From: Sphingomonadaceae bacterium
GTDB taxonomy: Bacteria; Pseudomonadota; Alphaproteobacteria; Sphingomonadales; Sphingomonadaceae
DNA length: 64,000 nucleotides
Reading direction: 5' to 3'
Assembly (NCBI GenBank): GCA_025359445.1
Contig: JANYGB010000063.1
Span: 621 to 64,620, forward strand
Shown: positions 6,529-15,955 of the stretch, one piece after another
How the letters are laid out: every line of letters starts with the position of its first letter
How positions within the stretch are numbered: position 1 is the first letter of the stretch
Notes under the pieces: model-generated
What the model was told of the DNA's origin: nothing
Databases searched by the model: none
The model's input: the letters and a program-made list of their open reading frames with translations, nothing else
Translations under genes and position numbers: made by a program

Positions 6529-8682
6529 GTGCAGCGCCGTGTCAAACTTCTGGTCGGTCTGGCTTTTGGCCTGTGCGCCGCCGCTGCCGCAGCCGAGACG
6601 ATGAAAGTGACTTACCCGCAAACCCGCCGCACTGATCTGGTCGAGCAGCAATTCGGTCAGGCCGTCGCCGATCCCTATCGCTGGCTCGAGAACGATGTGC
6701 GGACCGACCAAGAAGTTGCGGGCTGGGTGACGCGCGAGAACGCGGTGACGCAGGATTATCTCGGCTCGCTTGGCCAGCGCGCGTGGTTCGGCCAGCGGAT
6801 CAAGGCGCTGATGGATTATGAGCGGTTCGGGCTGCCGCACAAGGCGGGCAAGTTCTATTTCTACACGCGCAATTCAGGTCTGCAGAACCAGGCGCAGCTG
6901 TTTGTCCGCAGCGGGCTGGGCGGCGCGCCGCGGCTGCTGATCGATCCCAATCTGTGGGCCAAGGACGGCGCCACTGCACTCGACGGTTGGGAACCGTCGA
7001 AAAGTGGCAAGCTGCTGGCTTATGCGGTGCAGGACGGCGGGACCGACTGGCGGATCATTCGCCTGCTCGATAGCGAGACCGGCAAGGTGCTGCCCGACGA
7101 GATCAAGTGGGCAAAATTTAGCGGAATATCGTGGATCGGCGATACGGGCTTTGTCTATTCGCGCTTCCCCGTGCCGGCCAGCGGCCAGGCGTTCCAGCAG
7201 CTCAACAAGAACCAGGAAGTCCGCTTCCACCGCATCGGCACCCCCCAATCGGCGGATGAGCTGGTCTATGCAACGCCCGACAAGCCTGATCTGGGCCACG
7301 GCGCAGAGGTGACTCATGACGGTCGCTGGATGGTGATTACCTCAACCCAAGGCACCGATAGCCGCAATGCAGTGCACCTGATCCGGCTCGGCGGGCGCAA
7401 GGCCAATACCGATAAATGGGCGGCGAAGACCCTCGTGGCCGAGCTCGAAAACGACTGGCGGCTGATCGAGGGGATGGGCGACACGCTTTACTTCATGACC
7501 AACCAGGGTGCCCCCAGATTGAAGGTGGTTCGGGTCAATGTGGCGGCGACCAATCCGCAGTTCACCGACATCGTCCCCGAACGCGCTGAAACGCTCGAAC
7601 GTGCGCGGATTGTCGGCAACCGGCTGATCCTGTCGTACCTCAAGGATGCCGCCTCGACTGCCGAGACCATGTCGCTTGATGGCAAGCCAGTGGCGCACAT
7701 TGCCTTGAATGCGATCGGAACGGCATCGGGCTTTACCGGCGAGCCGGGCGATCCGGAGACGTTCTACAGTTTCACCAGTTTCAATCAGCCGAGTGCGATT
7801 TACCGCTATGATGCCGCCACCGGCCACAGCACACCTTTCGCGCAGCCGAAGCTGACCTTTGATCCCGCCAATTACGTGATCGAGCAAAGTTTTTACCCGT
7901 CGAAGGACGGCACCAAAATCCCGCTGTTCCTGGTCCGGCGCAAAGACGTTGCAGCGGTGAACAAGCCGGTACCCACGCTGCTCTATGGCTACGGCGGGTT
8001 CGACATTTCGCTCACCCCCGGGTTCTCGGCAACGCGGATGGCGTGGCTCGAGGCGGGCGGGGCCTTTGCCATGGCCAACCTGCGCGGCGGGGGTGAATAC
8101 GGCAAAGCGTGGCATGATGCCGGGCGGCTGAACAACAAGCAGAACGTGTTCGATGACTTCATCGCCGCGGGCGAATTCCTGATCGCGCAAGGGATCACCC
8201 CCAAGGGCGGTCTGGCAGTGCAGGGCGGTTCGAACGGCGGCTTGCTGATCGGCGCGGTGGTCAACCAGCGGCCCGATCTGTTCGCTGCGGCCAATGCGCA
8301 AGTCGGCGTGATGGACATGCTACGGTTCGACCGCTTCACCGCCGGACGTTATTGGGTGGATGATTACGGCTATCCCTCAAAAGAAGCCGACTGGAAGGTG
8401 TTGCGCGCCTATTCGCCGTACCACAACATCCGCAGCGGGGTGGCGTACCCGGCGCTGTTGGTGACCACGGCAGATACCGATGACCGCGTGGTCCCCGGGC
8501 ACAGCTTCAAATATACCGCCGCGCTGCAGGCCGCCGATCCCAGGGGCAAGCCGCACCTGATCCGCATCGAAACCCGCGCCGGGCACGGGGCAGGCAAGCC
8601 AACCGACAAGGTAGTGGCCGAGGGTGCCGACGTGCTCGCCTTCCTCGCGCAGTGGACCGGTCTCACAGTACCGGGGGTGTAG
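6529..8682 (+). CDS. Prolyl oligopeptidase (S9A), secreted
   Basis: Signal peptide, VADPYRWLE, catalytic GGSNGGL, DDRV and AGHGAGK; start set at GTG 6529 after GGGAGA. Confidence 0.96.
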   Translation: MQRRVKLLVGLAFGLCAAAAAAETMKVTYPQTRRTDLVEQQFGQAVADPYRWLENDVRTDQEVAGWVTRENAVTQDYLGSLGQRAWFGQRIKALMDYERFGLPHKAGKFYFYTRNSGLQNQAQLFVRSGLGGAPRLLIDPNLWAKDGATALDGWEPSKSGKLLAYAVQDGGTDWRIIRLLDSETGKVLPDEIKWAKFSGISWIGDTGFVYSRFPVPASGQAFQQLNKNQEVRFHRIGTPQSADELVYATPDKPDLGHGAEVTHDGRWMVITSTQGTDSRNAVHLIRLGGRKANTDKWAAKTLVAELENDWRLIEGMGDTLYFMTNQGAPRLKVVRVNVAATNPQFTDIVPERAETLERARIVGNRLILSYLKDAASTAETMSLDGKPVAHIALNAIGTASGFTGEPGDPETFYSFTSFNQPSAIYRYDAATGHSTPFAQPKLTFDPANYVIEQSFYPSKDGTKIPLFLVRRKDVAAVNKPVPTLLYGYGGFDISLTPGFSATRMAWLEAGGAFAMANLRGGGEYGKAWHDAGRLNNKQNVFDDFIAAGEFLIAQGITPKGGLAVQGGSNGGLLIGAVVNQRPDLFAAANAQVGVMDMLRFDRFTAGRYWVDDYGYPSKEADWKVLRAYSPYHNIRSGVAYPALLVTTADTDDRVVPGHSFKYTAALQAADPRGKPHLIRIETRAGHGAGKPTDKVVAEGADVLAFLAQWTGLTVPGV

Positions 8683-8703
8683 CCTGAGCCGGCTCATCGA
8701 TCC

Positions 8704-8775
8704 CCGTTCGCGGTGATGAGGCTCTGAGCTCTTGCGAAAGCCCGCAAGCGCTCTGTCGCTCCGCAGGACGAACGG
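8704..8775. repeat. Degenerate palindromic repeat (CCGTTCG..CGAACGG)
   Basis: Short inverted arms right after a stop codon; resembles the CTGAGCCTGTCGAAG family at 51703 and 58695. Confidence 0.45.
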
Positions 8776-9001
8776 AGTTGGGCTGAAATTGGTGCGGCGG
8801 TCAGCTGCGATCGAAAGCCTCCATCATTCAAGCGGTGCTAATGCGTAGTGGTTAGCCTCGATCCAAACCGGTGTGTTCAGAAAACAGCGCTTTTTCCTGA
8901 ACAAATACTGACAAGCCAGTTCAGCCTCGTGCCACCAGCGAATCGGTAGAAAGTCTTATCAAGCTCAGACACCATCGTTTGGGCAACTGAAGGACTTAAC
9001 C

Positions 9002-9622
9002 ATGAAGACTGTTTCCAAAGCCCTGCTTGGCACCATCGCGGCTGGCGCGATGGTCGCTTCATCGGCCACCCCGGCGCTCGCCGACCACCGTGACAATCGC
9101 GGTGTCAACGCTGGCGAAATTATTGCTGGCGCATTGATCATCGGCGGAATCGCGGCGATTGCGTCAGCCTCAAGCCGCAATAATCGCGGATACGACGGCA
9201 ACTACGGCGACAACTACGGCTACGATCGCGCCGGCTACAACAATGGCGGGTACAACAACGGCGGCTATAACGGCAACGGTTACGATCGTTATGCGCAGTA
9301 TCGGACCAACCCGCGCCAAGCGGTTGAGCAGTGCATCGCCGCGACCGAACGCTACGCGCGCAACCAGGGATACCGCGCCGACGTGACCGACATTCGCGAA
9401 GTCAGAAACACGAACTATGGCTTCCAGGTCAAAGGCCGCATCGCCGTGCAAGGCAACAATGATGGATGGAACCGCGGCGACAGCAACTACGGCCAGGGCT
9501 GGGGTGGTGATTACCGCGGCTACAATGACCGGGTGCGCGGCTATGACAGCGGTTCGTTCAAGTGCAAGTTCGAAGGTGGCCGGATCACCAATCTTGATAT
9601 CGACGGTGTCCGCGGGTTCTAA
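9002..9622 (+). CDS. Secreted Gly/Asn/Tyr-rich protein with glycine-zipper-like helix
   Basis: Signal peptide ending ALA, GEIIAGALIIGGIAAIASA segment, GYNNG repeats, C-terminal GSFKCKFEGGRI. Confidence 0.85.
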   Translation: MKTVSKALLGTIAAGAMVASSATPALADHRDNRGVNAGEIIAGALIIGGIAAIASASSRNNRGYDGNYGDNYGYDRAGYNNGGYNNGGYNGNGYDRYAQYRTNPRQAVEQCIAATERYARNQGYRADVTDIREVRNTNYGFQVKGRIAVQGNNDGWNRGDSNYGQGWGGDYRGYNDRVRGYDSGSFKCKFEGGRITNLDIDGVRGF

Positions 9623-9646
9623 TCCGCTGATCGAAAACTGACGGGG

Positions 9647-9678
9647 GGCGGTTCAGGCTTAAGCAAGCCTGGGCCGCC
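9647..9678. terminator. Hairpin between the two paralogous secreted-protein genes
   Basis: GGCGGTTCAGGCTT-AAGC-AAGCCTGGGCCGCC; no U tract. Confidence 0.45.
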
Positions 9679-9740
9679 TAGTCGTATCTGGAGGCAGGGT
9701 AGCGCGATTGAGCGCGCGGGCCTGCGTGGGGGGCATTACC

Positions 9741-10259
9741 TTGATTGGCAAGAGATCACGTCTGGCCGCAGTGCTGGCTACGGCCGCTGCGCTATCGCTG
9801 CCGGCGACGCCGGCCTTTGCACAAAGCTGGGGCTGGGGCGGCGGCGGCGATTGGGGCCACCATCGCCGCAGCCATGTCGACGCGGGCGATGTGCTGGCCG
9901 GCATCCTGATCATCGGCGGGATCGCCGCGATCGCCAGCGCCGCGAGCAGCAAGAAGCGCGATCGCCGCGACGACAATCGCCCCGATTATCCGGGCGACCG
10001 GACCAGCGGTTACGGCAATGACAACGATCAGCAGTGGAACCATCAGGGTCAACAGAACGGCGGCGTAGACAGTGCCGTCAACCGTTGCCTGGGCAAAGTC
10101 TCACGCGGCTCGAACCGGGGGAGCAGCGTTGAATCGATCAATTGTGATGGTGAGGGCTGGCAGGTGCAAGGCCGCACAGGTGCGGGCGCGGAGTTTTCGT
10201 GCTCGGTCGACGGCAACGGCCAGATTCGTAATGTGCAGGTGGATGGGCGGGCTTATTGA
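9741..10259 (+). CDS. Secreted protein, paralog of 9002-9622
   Basis: Signal peptide ending AFA, GDVLAGILIIGGIAAIASAA, C-terminal FSCSVDGNGQI; start uncertain (TTG 9741 or 9708). Confidence 0.8.
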   Translation: MIGKRSRLAAVLATAAALSLPATPAFAQSWGWGGGGDWGHHRRSHVDAGDVLAGILIIGGIAAIASAASSKKRDRRDDNRPDYPGDRTSGYGNDNDQQWNHQGQQNGGVDSAVNRCLGKVSRGSNRGSSVESINCDGEGWQVQGRTGAGAEFSCSVDGNGQIRNVQVDGRAY

Positions 10260-10305
10260 GCGTAGGTCTGGAAGTAACACCAGCCACGATTTACGATATC
10301 TCATC

Positions 10306-10406
10306 CGTCACCCCGGCGAAGCCGGCGCCCAGACCGCGCAAGCAACGACGCCGCTTGGCGGCGACGCTTTTTTCTGTACTGGGTCCCGGCCTGCGCCGGG
10401 ATGACG
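10306..10406. repeat. CGTC-tagged palindromic element, subfamily 1
   Basis: Arms CGTCACCCCGGCGAAGCCGGCGCCCAG and CTGGGTCCCGGCCTGCGCCGGGATGACG, between convergent genes. Confidence 0.9.
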
Positions 10407-10436
10407 ATTCAGGTTTTGTGCAACCCGCGCTAAACC

Positions 10437-11240
10437 TCAATGCAACCGTGATTTCGGGAACATCCAGCGCTGCGTTAGCCGGGCTTTAAACGGCTTCCAC
10501 GCGCCTTCGGGCTGTTTGAGCCGGTCGGCCAGCGCCACCATCACGCTGGGATTGACTCCCAGCCCGACGTGGCTGGCCATGACTACGATATTCTCGGTCT
10601 GATCGTTATCTGCTTGCGGGTGCTGGACCGAGCCGCGCCAATGAACGATCCCGTCGGTCTTGGTCAGGATTGAAGTGGTTGGCACCGGCGGGGCCTGATC
10701 GAGCCCGGTAAAATGCCCGTGCTTGACCGGCTCGGGTTCTTTGCCGTTAAGGTATTCGAACAACCGTGCCGCGTTGGTGTGGCGGCGATCGTCGTGGATC
10801 GGGCTACCCAGAGAGATGACCTGACGCACTGCACCGGGGTGCAGTTTGGCCAGTTCGCGCGCAAATACGCCGCCCAGGCTCCACCCGACGATTGAAACCT
10901 TGCGGCCACTCTCGCGGTAAATTTTGAGCAGCAGCGCTTCCATTTCGTGAACCCGCTGCAGATCGACCCGCACGTTGCGGCCCAGGTCCCAGCCGTAGCT
11001 GGCGTAACCCAGATCATCGAGCAACCGGCGCATTGGCTTGGTCGAGCTGTCAGAGGCCATGAACCCGGGCAGCACCAGCACCGGATGCCCGTCGCCCTTG
11101 GGCAGCAGGCCGAGGACAGGGCGGGTGGCGATGAACGCCGCCAGTTCGAACACGGCGCGCACCTCAGCCAAGGCGAGCAGGCCGTGCGGCGGGCGCGCTT
11201 CGATTTCAAGCGCGTCGCGTGAAGCGGTGGTTGCAGTCAT
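10437..11240 (-). CDS. Alpha/beta hydrolase (lipase/esterase-like)
   Basis: PVLVLPGF oxyanion region, GWSLGG nucleophile elbow, SHVGLG; overlaps the WS/DGAT stop codon. Confidence 0.9.
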   Translation of the reverse strand: MTATTASRDALEIEARPPHGLLALAEVRAVFELAAFIATRPVLGLLPKGDGHPVLVLPGFMASDSSTKPMRRLLDDLGYASYGWDLGRNVRVDLQRVHEMEALLLKIYRESGRKVSIVGWSLGGVFARELAKLHPGAVRQVISLGSPIHDDRRHTNAARLFEYLNGKEPEPVKHGHFTGLDQAPPVPTTSILTKTDGIVHWRGSVQHPQADNDQTENIVVMASHVGLGVNPSVMVALADRLKQPEGAWKPFKARLTQRWMFPKSRLH

Positions 11241-12781
11241 TTCTTGGCGGCCTTTCGAGGTTTCTCTGCTGACTTCTTTTTGCCCGCAGGCTTTGTTTTT
11301 ATTGCAGGTTTAACCGGCTGGTCCGGCTTTGGTTCCGCCGCAGCGGCAGGCGCATCGGCCAGTGCGGCGCGCGCAGCATCGCGCAGTTCTTCAAAGCTTT
11401 CCTGAATGCAGTCCGCGTAGAATTCCGGATCGGGCATCAACTTTCGGTCAGCGGTAAAGGCGATAGTGGCTTCCTTGACGTAGCTTTGCACCACGTGGCC
11501 CAGCCCCATTCCGTCGGTCAGGCAGACCAGCCCCATCATGCTTTCAAGGCGCGCCCCGGTCGAATAGATCGGCACCGGCGGACCGGGCACGTTGGTCACC
11601 ACGGTGGTGAACGGCGGACCCATTCGGTCGGCCAGGCCAAGCCGGGTGTAGAGCTGCGCGCCGAGCGCCATGAACAGCGCGGGGCTAACCTTGCTCATCT
11701 CTGTCATGTTGCGCGCGCCGATCGCGTCGGTCATCGCCTTGGAATTGACCGTCTGCGAATTGACATAGGCGAGCCGTTCGAGCGGATCGGCGAGGTGCGT
11801 GCCGAGCGGCGCGATCATCGCCGCGACCTGGTTGCCCATGTCACCCTTTTCTTCGTTCCCGCGGACTGAAATCGGGGCCATCGCGGTCAGCGTCTTGTCG
11901 GGCAGGTCGTCCTTGCTCAGCAGGTATTTGCGCATCGACCCGCCAATGATGGTCAGGAACACGTCGTTAACCTTGGCCCCGGGTACGGCCTGCCGGATCA
12001 TCTTGATCTCGGCCAGTGGAACGCTGCGGCCCTCGACAACCCGGTTAGGGGAAAGCACGGCATTGAAGCGCGTGCGCGGCGCGATCATTTCGCCGTGCAG
12101 CTTGAAGTCACGGCTGATCAATCCCTTGATCGTGCGTGCCAGCCCCGGCATGGCCTTGGCCGCAACGTCGAGCTGGCGGGCCGGATTGGCCAGGCTGTTC
12201 ATCCAGCTTTTGGTCAGCAGTTCGGTGAAATTCGGCGGCTCTTCGCCCACCCAGGTATCGGGTTCGTTAGGCGGCGGGGCGTGCGGATCGAGCGTGTGGA
12301 GCGCCTCCATCAGGTCGATCCCGCTCATCCCGTCAATCGCAGAGTGGTGGACCTTGGTGACCATCGCAAAGCTGCCCGGGGCGACGCCGGGAATATTATC
12401 GAGCCCCTCGATCACCGTGAATTCCCACGGCGGCCGGGTCAGATCGAGCGGGCGCGCGAATATCCGCGCGGCCTGGATGCACAGTTGCCGCCAATCACCC
12501 GGCTTGGGCAAAGCAAGGTGGCGGACGTGATATTCAAGATCGAAGTCCTTGTCCTCGATCCAGTAGGGGTAATCGAGGTCGAACGGCACCTTGACCAGCC
12601 GCTGGCGCATCGTCTTGGACAGCTGCATCCGGCTTTGGAAGAACCGCAGGATATCTTTGTACCGGACGAAGCCGCCTGGGGCCGTCTCAGGATTGTAGAT
12701 CAGGATCGAGCCGATGTGCATGGGTGAATTGCGCGTTTCCAGCGCAACAAACGATGCATCCATGCCTTGAAGCTGTCTCAA
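11237..12781 (-). CDS. Wax ester synthase/diacylglycerol acyltransferase (WS/DGAT)
   Basis: DASFVALET..PMHIG, catalytic KVHHSAIDG, TNVPGP; start set at TTG 12781. Confidence 0.95.
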   Translation of the reverse strand: MRQLQGMDASFVALETRNSPMHIGSILIYNPETAPGGFVRYKDILRFFQSRMQLSKTMRQRLVKVPFDLDYPYWIEDKDFDLEYHVRHLALPKPGDWRQLCIQAARIFARPLDLTRPPWEFTVIEGLDNIPGVAPGSFAMVTKVHHSAIDGMSGIDLMEALHTLDPHAPPPNEPDTWVGEEPPNFTELLTKSWMNSLANPARQLDVAAKAMPGLARTIKGLISRDFKLHGEMIAPRTRFNAVLSPNRVVEGRSVPLAEIKMIRQAVPGAKVNDVFLTIIGGSMRKYLLSKDDLPDKTLTAMAPISVRGNEEKGDMGNQVAAMIAPLGTHLADPLERLAYVNSQTVNSKAMTDAIGARNMTEMSKVSPALFMALGAQLYTRLGLADRMGPPFTTVVTNVPGPPVPIYSTGARLESMMGLVCLTDGMGLGHVVQSYVKEATIAFTADRKLMPDPEFYADCIQESFEELRDAARAALADAPAAAAEPKPDQPVKPAIKTKPAGKKKSAEKPRKAAKK

Positions 12782-12903
12782 TCCATCACGCTCCCACGAA
12801 AATCCGGTATGTTCCGGGCTTGTTGCGGTGCAGCGTAACACACAGGGGATTGCCGTCAACAAGCGCCTTCCGCGCAGCGTCGCGGCCCTGTATCGCTACC
12901 AAT

Positions 12904-14838
12904 ATGACCCGCGCCGGCCGCCCCGATCAACCCAACGCCTCGGAACGCTTCCACGAGGACAAAGCGACTTACACCATGCAGGGCAGCCAGCCCGATCTGG
13001 CGGCGGGCGTGGCGGCAATCCGCGAGGTGCAGGAAACGCTGCGGCCCAAGCCCGGGGTGTATCGGATGCTCGATGCGCGCGGCGACGTGCTTTATGTCGG
13101 CAAGGCCCGCGCGCTCAAAAACCGCGTGGCGAATTACCTCCAGGTCGAGCGGCTGCCGCTGCGGCTCAAACGCATGGTCAGCCAGACGCGCGGCATGACC
13201 ATCGTCACCACCAACTCCGAGGCTGAGGCGCTGCTGCTGGAGGCGCAGCTGATCAAGCGCTTCCGCCCGCCGTACAACGTGCTGCTGCGTGATGACAAAA
13301 GCTTCCCGTTCATTCTGCTGCGCGCCGATCATGCCTTCCCGCGGATCAGCAAGCACCGCGGCGCGCGGCGGGCCAAGGGCAATTATTACGGCCCCTTCGC
13401 CAGCGCCGGATCGGTCAACACCACGATCAATGCCTTGCAGAAACTGTTCCTGCTGAGGAGCTGCACCGACAGCTTTTTCAGCCGCCGTGACCGGCCGTGC
13501 CTGCTTTACCAGATCAAGCGTTGCTCGGCCCCTTGCGTCGGACGGATCGACGAAGCGGGCTATGCCGAGCTGGTCGGTGAGGCGAAGGACTTCCTTGGCG
13601 GCAAGTCGTCCGATGTGCAGGCCAAGCTTAACGCGCAGATGGAGGCGGCAGCCAGCGCACTCGATTTTGAGACCGCGGCGATGCTGCGCGACCGGCTGCG
13701 CGCGGCGACCTTCATCCAGGGCAGTCAGGCGATCAACGCCGAGGGGCTGGGCAGCGCCGATATCTTCGCGGTGGCCTGCCGCAACGGGCAGTTCGGGATC
13801 CAGGCGTTCTTCATTCGCGGCGGGCAGAACTGGGGCCACCGCGCATTCTTCCCGAGCCACACCGATGGACTGAACGAGGAGGAAGTAATGACCAGCTTCC
13901 TCGCGCAGTTCTATGAGGAAGTCCCGCCGCCGCGCACGATCCTGCTCGACCGCAAATTGCCCGAGGCTGACTTGCTCGCCGAGGCACTGGCCGTAGCGGC
14001 GGGCGGCAAGGTCGAAATCCTCGTGCCCCAGCGCGGCGACCGGCTGCAACTGGTTCGGCAGGCGACGCGCAACGCGGTCGAGGCGCTCGAGCGGCGGCAG
14101 GCCGAGAGCGGGGCCAAGAGCAAGCTCAACCGCGAACTCGCCGAATTCCTCGAACTGACCGAACCGCCGGGCCGCATCGAGGTTTACGACAACAGCCATA
14201 TCCAGGGCACTGCGGCGCTGGGCGCGATGGTGGTCGCTGGGCCCGACGGGTTCATCAAGGGCCAGTACCGCAAGTGGAACATCAAGACCGCGCAGACCAA
14301 TGACGATTTCGCGATGATGCGCGAAGTGTTCGGGCGGCGGTTCGCGCGCGCGCAAGAGGAAGACCCTGACCGGGATAACGGAATGTGGCCCGATCTGGTC
14401 CTGATCGACGGCGGCAAGGGCCAGATGTCGGCGGTCAAGGACGCGCTCGAGGAACTGGGGATCGAGGACGTGTCGCTGATCGCCATCGCCAAGGGGCCGG
14501 GTCATGGCCGCGAGGGGCGCGAGGTGTTCCACTTTCCCGACGGGCGCGAAAAGATGCTCCCCGAAAATGCCCCGCTGCTGTTCCACCTTCAGCGCCTGCG
14601 CGACGAAGTCCACCGCTTCGCCATCGGCGCCCACCGCGACAAGCGCAGCCGCGCGATTACGGCGTCACCGCTCGACGAAATTCCCGGCATCGGCCCCGCG
14701 CGGAAACGCGCGATGCTGCTGCACTTCGGCACCGCGAGCAAAGTCCGCGCCGCGAGCCTGGAGGATTTGCAACACGCCCCGGGGGTAAGCGCGGCGGTGG
14801 CGCAGACGGTGTACGATTTTTATCATCCGGGCGGGTGA
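12904..14838 (+). CDS. uvrC: Excinuclease ABC subunit C
   Basis: GIY-YIG domain PGVYRM..LYVGKA, Cys cluster, RIEVYDNSH, LIDGGKGQ, C-terminal HhH; start set at ATG 12904. Confidence 0.98.
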   Translation: MTRAGRPDQPNASERFHEDKATYTMQGSQPDLAAGVAAIREVQETLRPKPGVYRMLDARGDVLYVGKARALKNRVANYLQVERLPLRLKRMVSQTRGMTIVTTNSEAEALLLEAQLIKRFRPPYNVLLRDDKSFPFILLRADHAFPRISKHRGARRAKGNYYGPFASAGSVNTTINALQKLFLLRSCTDSFFSRRDRPCLLYQIKRCSAPCVGRIDEAGYAELVGEAKDFLGGKSSDVQAKLNAQMEAAASALDFETAAMLRDRLRAATFIQGSQAINAEGLGSADIFAVACRNGQFGIQAFFIRGGQNWGHRAFFPSHTDGLNEEEVMTSFLAQFYEEVPPPRTILLDRKLPEADLLAEALAVAAGGKVEILVPQRGDRLQLVRQATRNAVEALERRQAESGAKSKLNRELAEFLELTEPPGRIEVYDNSHIQGTAALGAMVVAGPDGFIKGQYRKWNIKTAQTNDDFAMMREVFGRRFARAQEEDPDRDNGMWPDLVLIDGGKGQMSAVKDALEELGIEDVSLIAIAKGPGHGREGREVFHFPDGREKMLPENAPLLFHLQRLRDEVHRFAIGAHRDKRSRAITASPLDEIPGIGPARKRAMLLHFGTASKVRAASLEDLQHAPGVSAAVAQTVYDFYHPGG

Positions 14839-14932
14839 GTTCAGCGATGTTGATCCAGGCCAGGTCCCGGTCCATAGCTGCTTAATCAACTAGCTCATTT
14901 CGCCCGTATTTTGAGAGACATATCCTCATGCC

Positions 14933-15928
14933 TTGGTTCGCGCAGTGACGGAGCAATGGAGCGAAGCGCACCTCCGATTGGCGGTTAAGGCCGCTTGCGT
15001 TGTGCTGTGGTCGTGGAATGTCGATGACGACGCGTTCCACATGGATGAGCGCGGGTACGAGCTCTGGGACGTGCCGTATGCGCAGTCGGTCCGCTTTGAA
15101 GATCTGTCAGCCAACATACACCCCGCCGACCGCAACCGGGTCAGAGCTGCGTTTCAAGCGACCCGTTCAGCCGAGGGTTCTTACGAAATCGACTTCCGCA
15201 TAATCGTGCATGATGAAATTCGCTGGGTTTCGGCGCGGGGCCAGGGCGCCGATGCCGGCATCATCGATCGCACCATGTTTGGCGTGTTCCTTGACGTAAC
15301 TGGCCGCAAGCAAGCCGAAGAGGGCAGCGAGTTGCTGGCCGGTGAAATGAGCCACCGGGTCAAGAACCTGCTTACCATTGCTGCCAGCCTGACCTCTTTC
15401 ACCAGCAGATCCGCGCAGTCAGTCGAGGATATGGCGCACGAACTGATCAATCGGCTGTCAGCGCTCGGGCGCGCGCACGATTTGGTCAGGCCGCTTCCCG
15501 GTTCGCAGGGAACGACTGCGCTCTTGGGTGATTTGCTGAGCGTGCTGGTGTCGCCATACGATGCCCAAGGCGCGTTTAGCGGCCGCATTCGCGTGGCAGT
15601 TCCCAGAATGGGGGTTGGCGAAAAGTCCGCGACTGCACTCGCGATGATTTTCCACGAACTCGCCACGAACTCAGCAAAGCATGGCGCGCTTTCGAGCATT
15701 GCGGGCGCACTGGATATTTCCGGGGTCAGTGACGACGACACGCTGACGATTGTCTGGGCCGAAACCGGTGGCCCCGAGGTGTCAGCAGAGCCCAAGCTGA
15801 GCGGCTTCGGCAGCAAGATGGTCCAGAAAAACCTTGCCAGACCACTCGGCGGCGCGATCAGTTACGAATGGCAACCGACCGGACTGGTGGCGACACTGAC
15901 GATGCAGGTCTCAGCAATGGCGCGGTAG
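14933..15928 (+). CDS. PAS + HWE-family sensor histidine kinase
   Basis: H-box EMSHRVKNLL, HELATNSAKHGALS, WAETGGP; start could be GTG 14945. Confidence 0.92.
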   Translation: MVRAVTEQWSEAHLRLAVKAACVVLWSWNVDDDAFHMDERGYELWDVPYAQSVRFEDLSANIHPADRNRVRAAFQATRSAEGSYEIDFRIIVHDEIRWVSARGQGADAGIIDRTMFGVFLDVTGRKQAEEGSELLAGEMSHRVKNLLTIAASLTSFTSRSAQSVEDMAHELINRLSALGRAHDLVRPLPGSQGTTALLGDLLSVLVSPYDAQGAFSGRIRVAVPRMGVGEKSATALAMIFHELATNSAKHGALSSIAGALDISGVSDDDTLTIVWAETGGPEVSAEPKLSGFGSKMVQKNLARPLGGAISYEWQPTGLVATLTMQVSAMAR

Positions 15929-15955
15929 CAGCTCGCCGCCGCGAACGAAGCGCCC

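Noticed and set aside
12811-12825. Possible LexA box upstream of uvrC (GTTC-CGGGCTT-GTTG)
   Set aside because: One mismatch in a conserved position, and uvrC is usually not SOS-controlled; likely chance.
12856-14634. Long antisense ORFs (e.g. 12856-14634, 20976-22775, 25466-26737, 56412-58109)
   Set aside because: Shadow ORFs opposite well-supported genes, expected in high-GC DNA, with no protein motifs.
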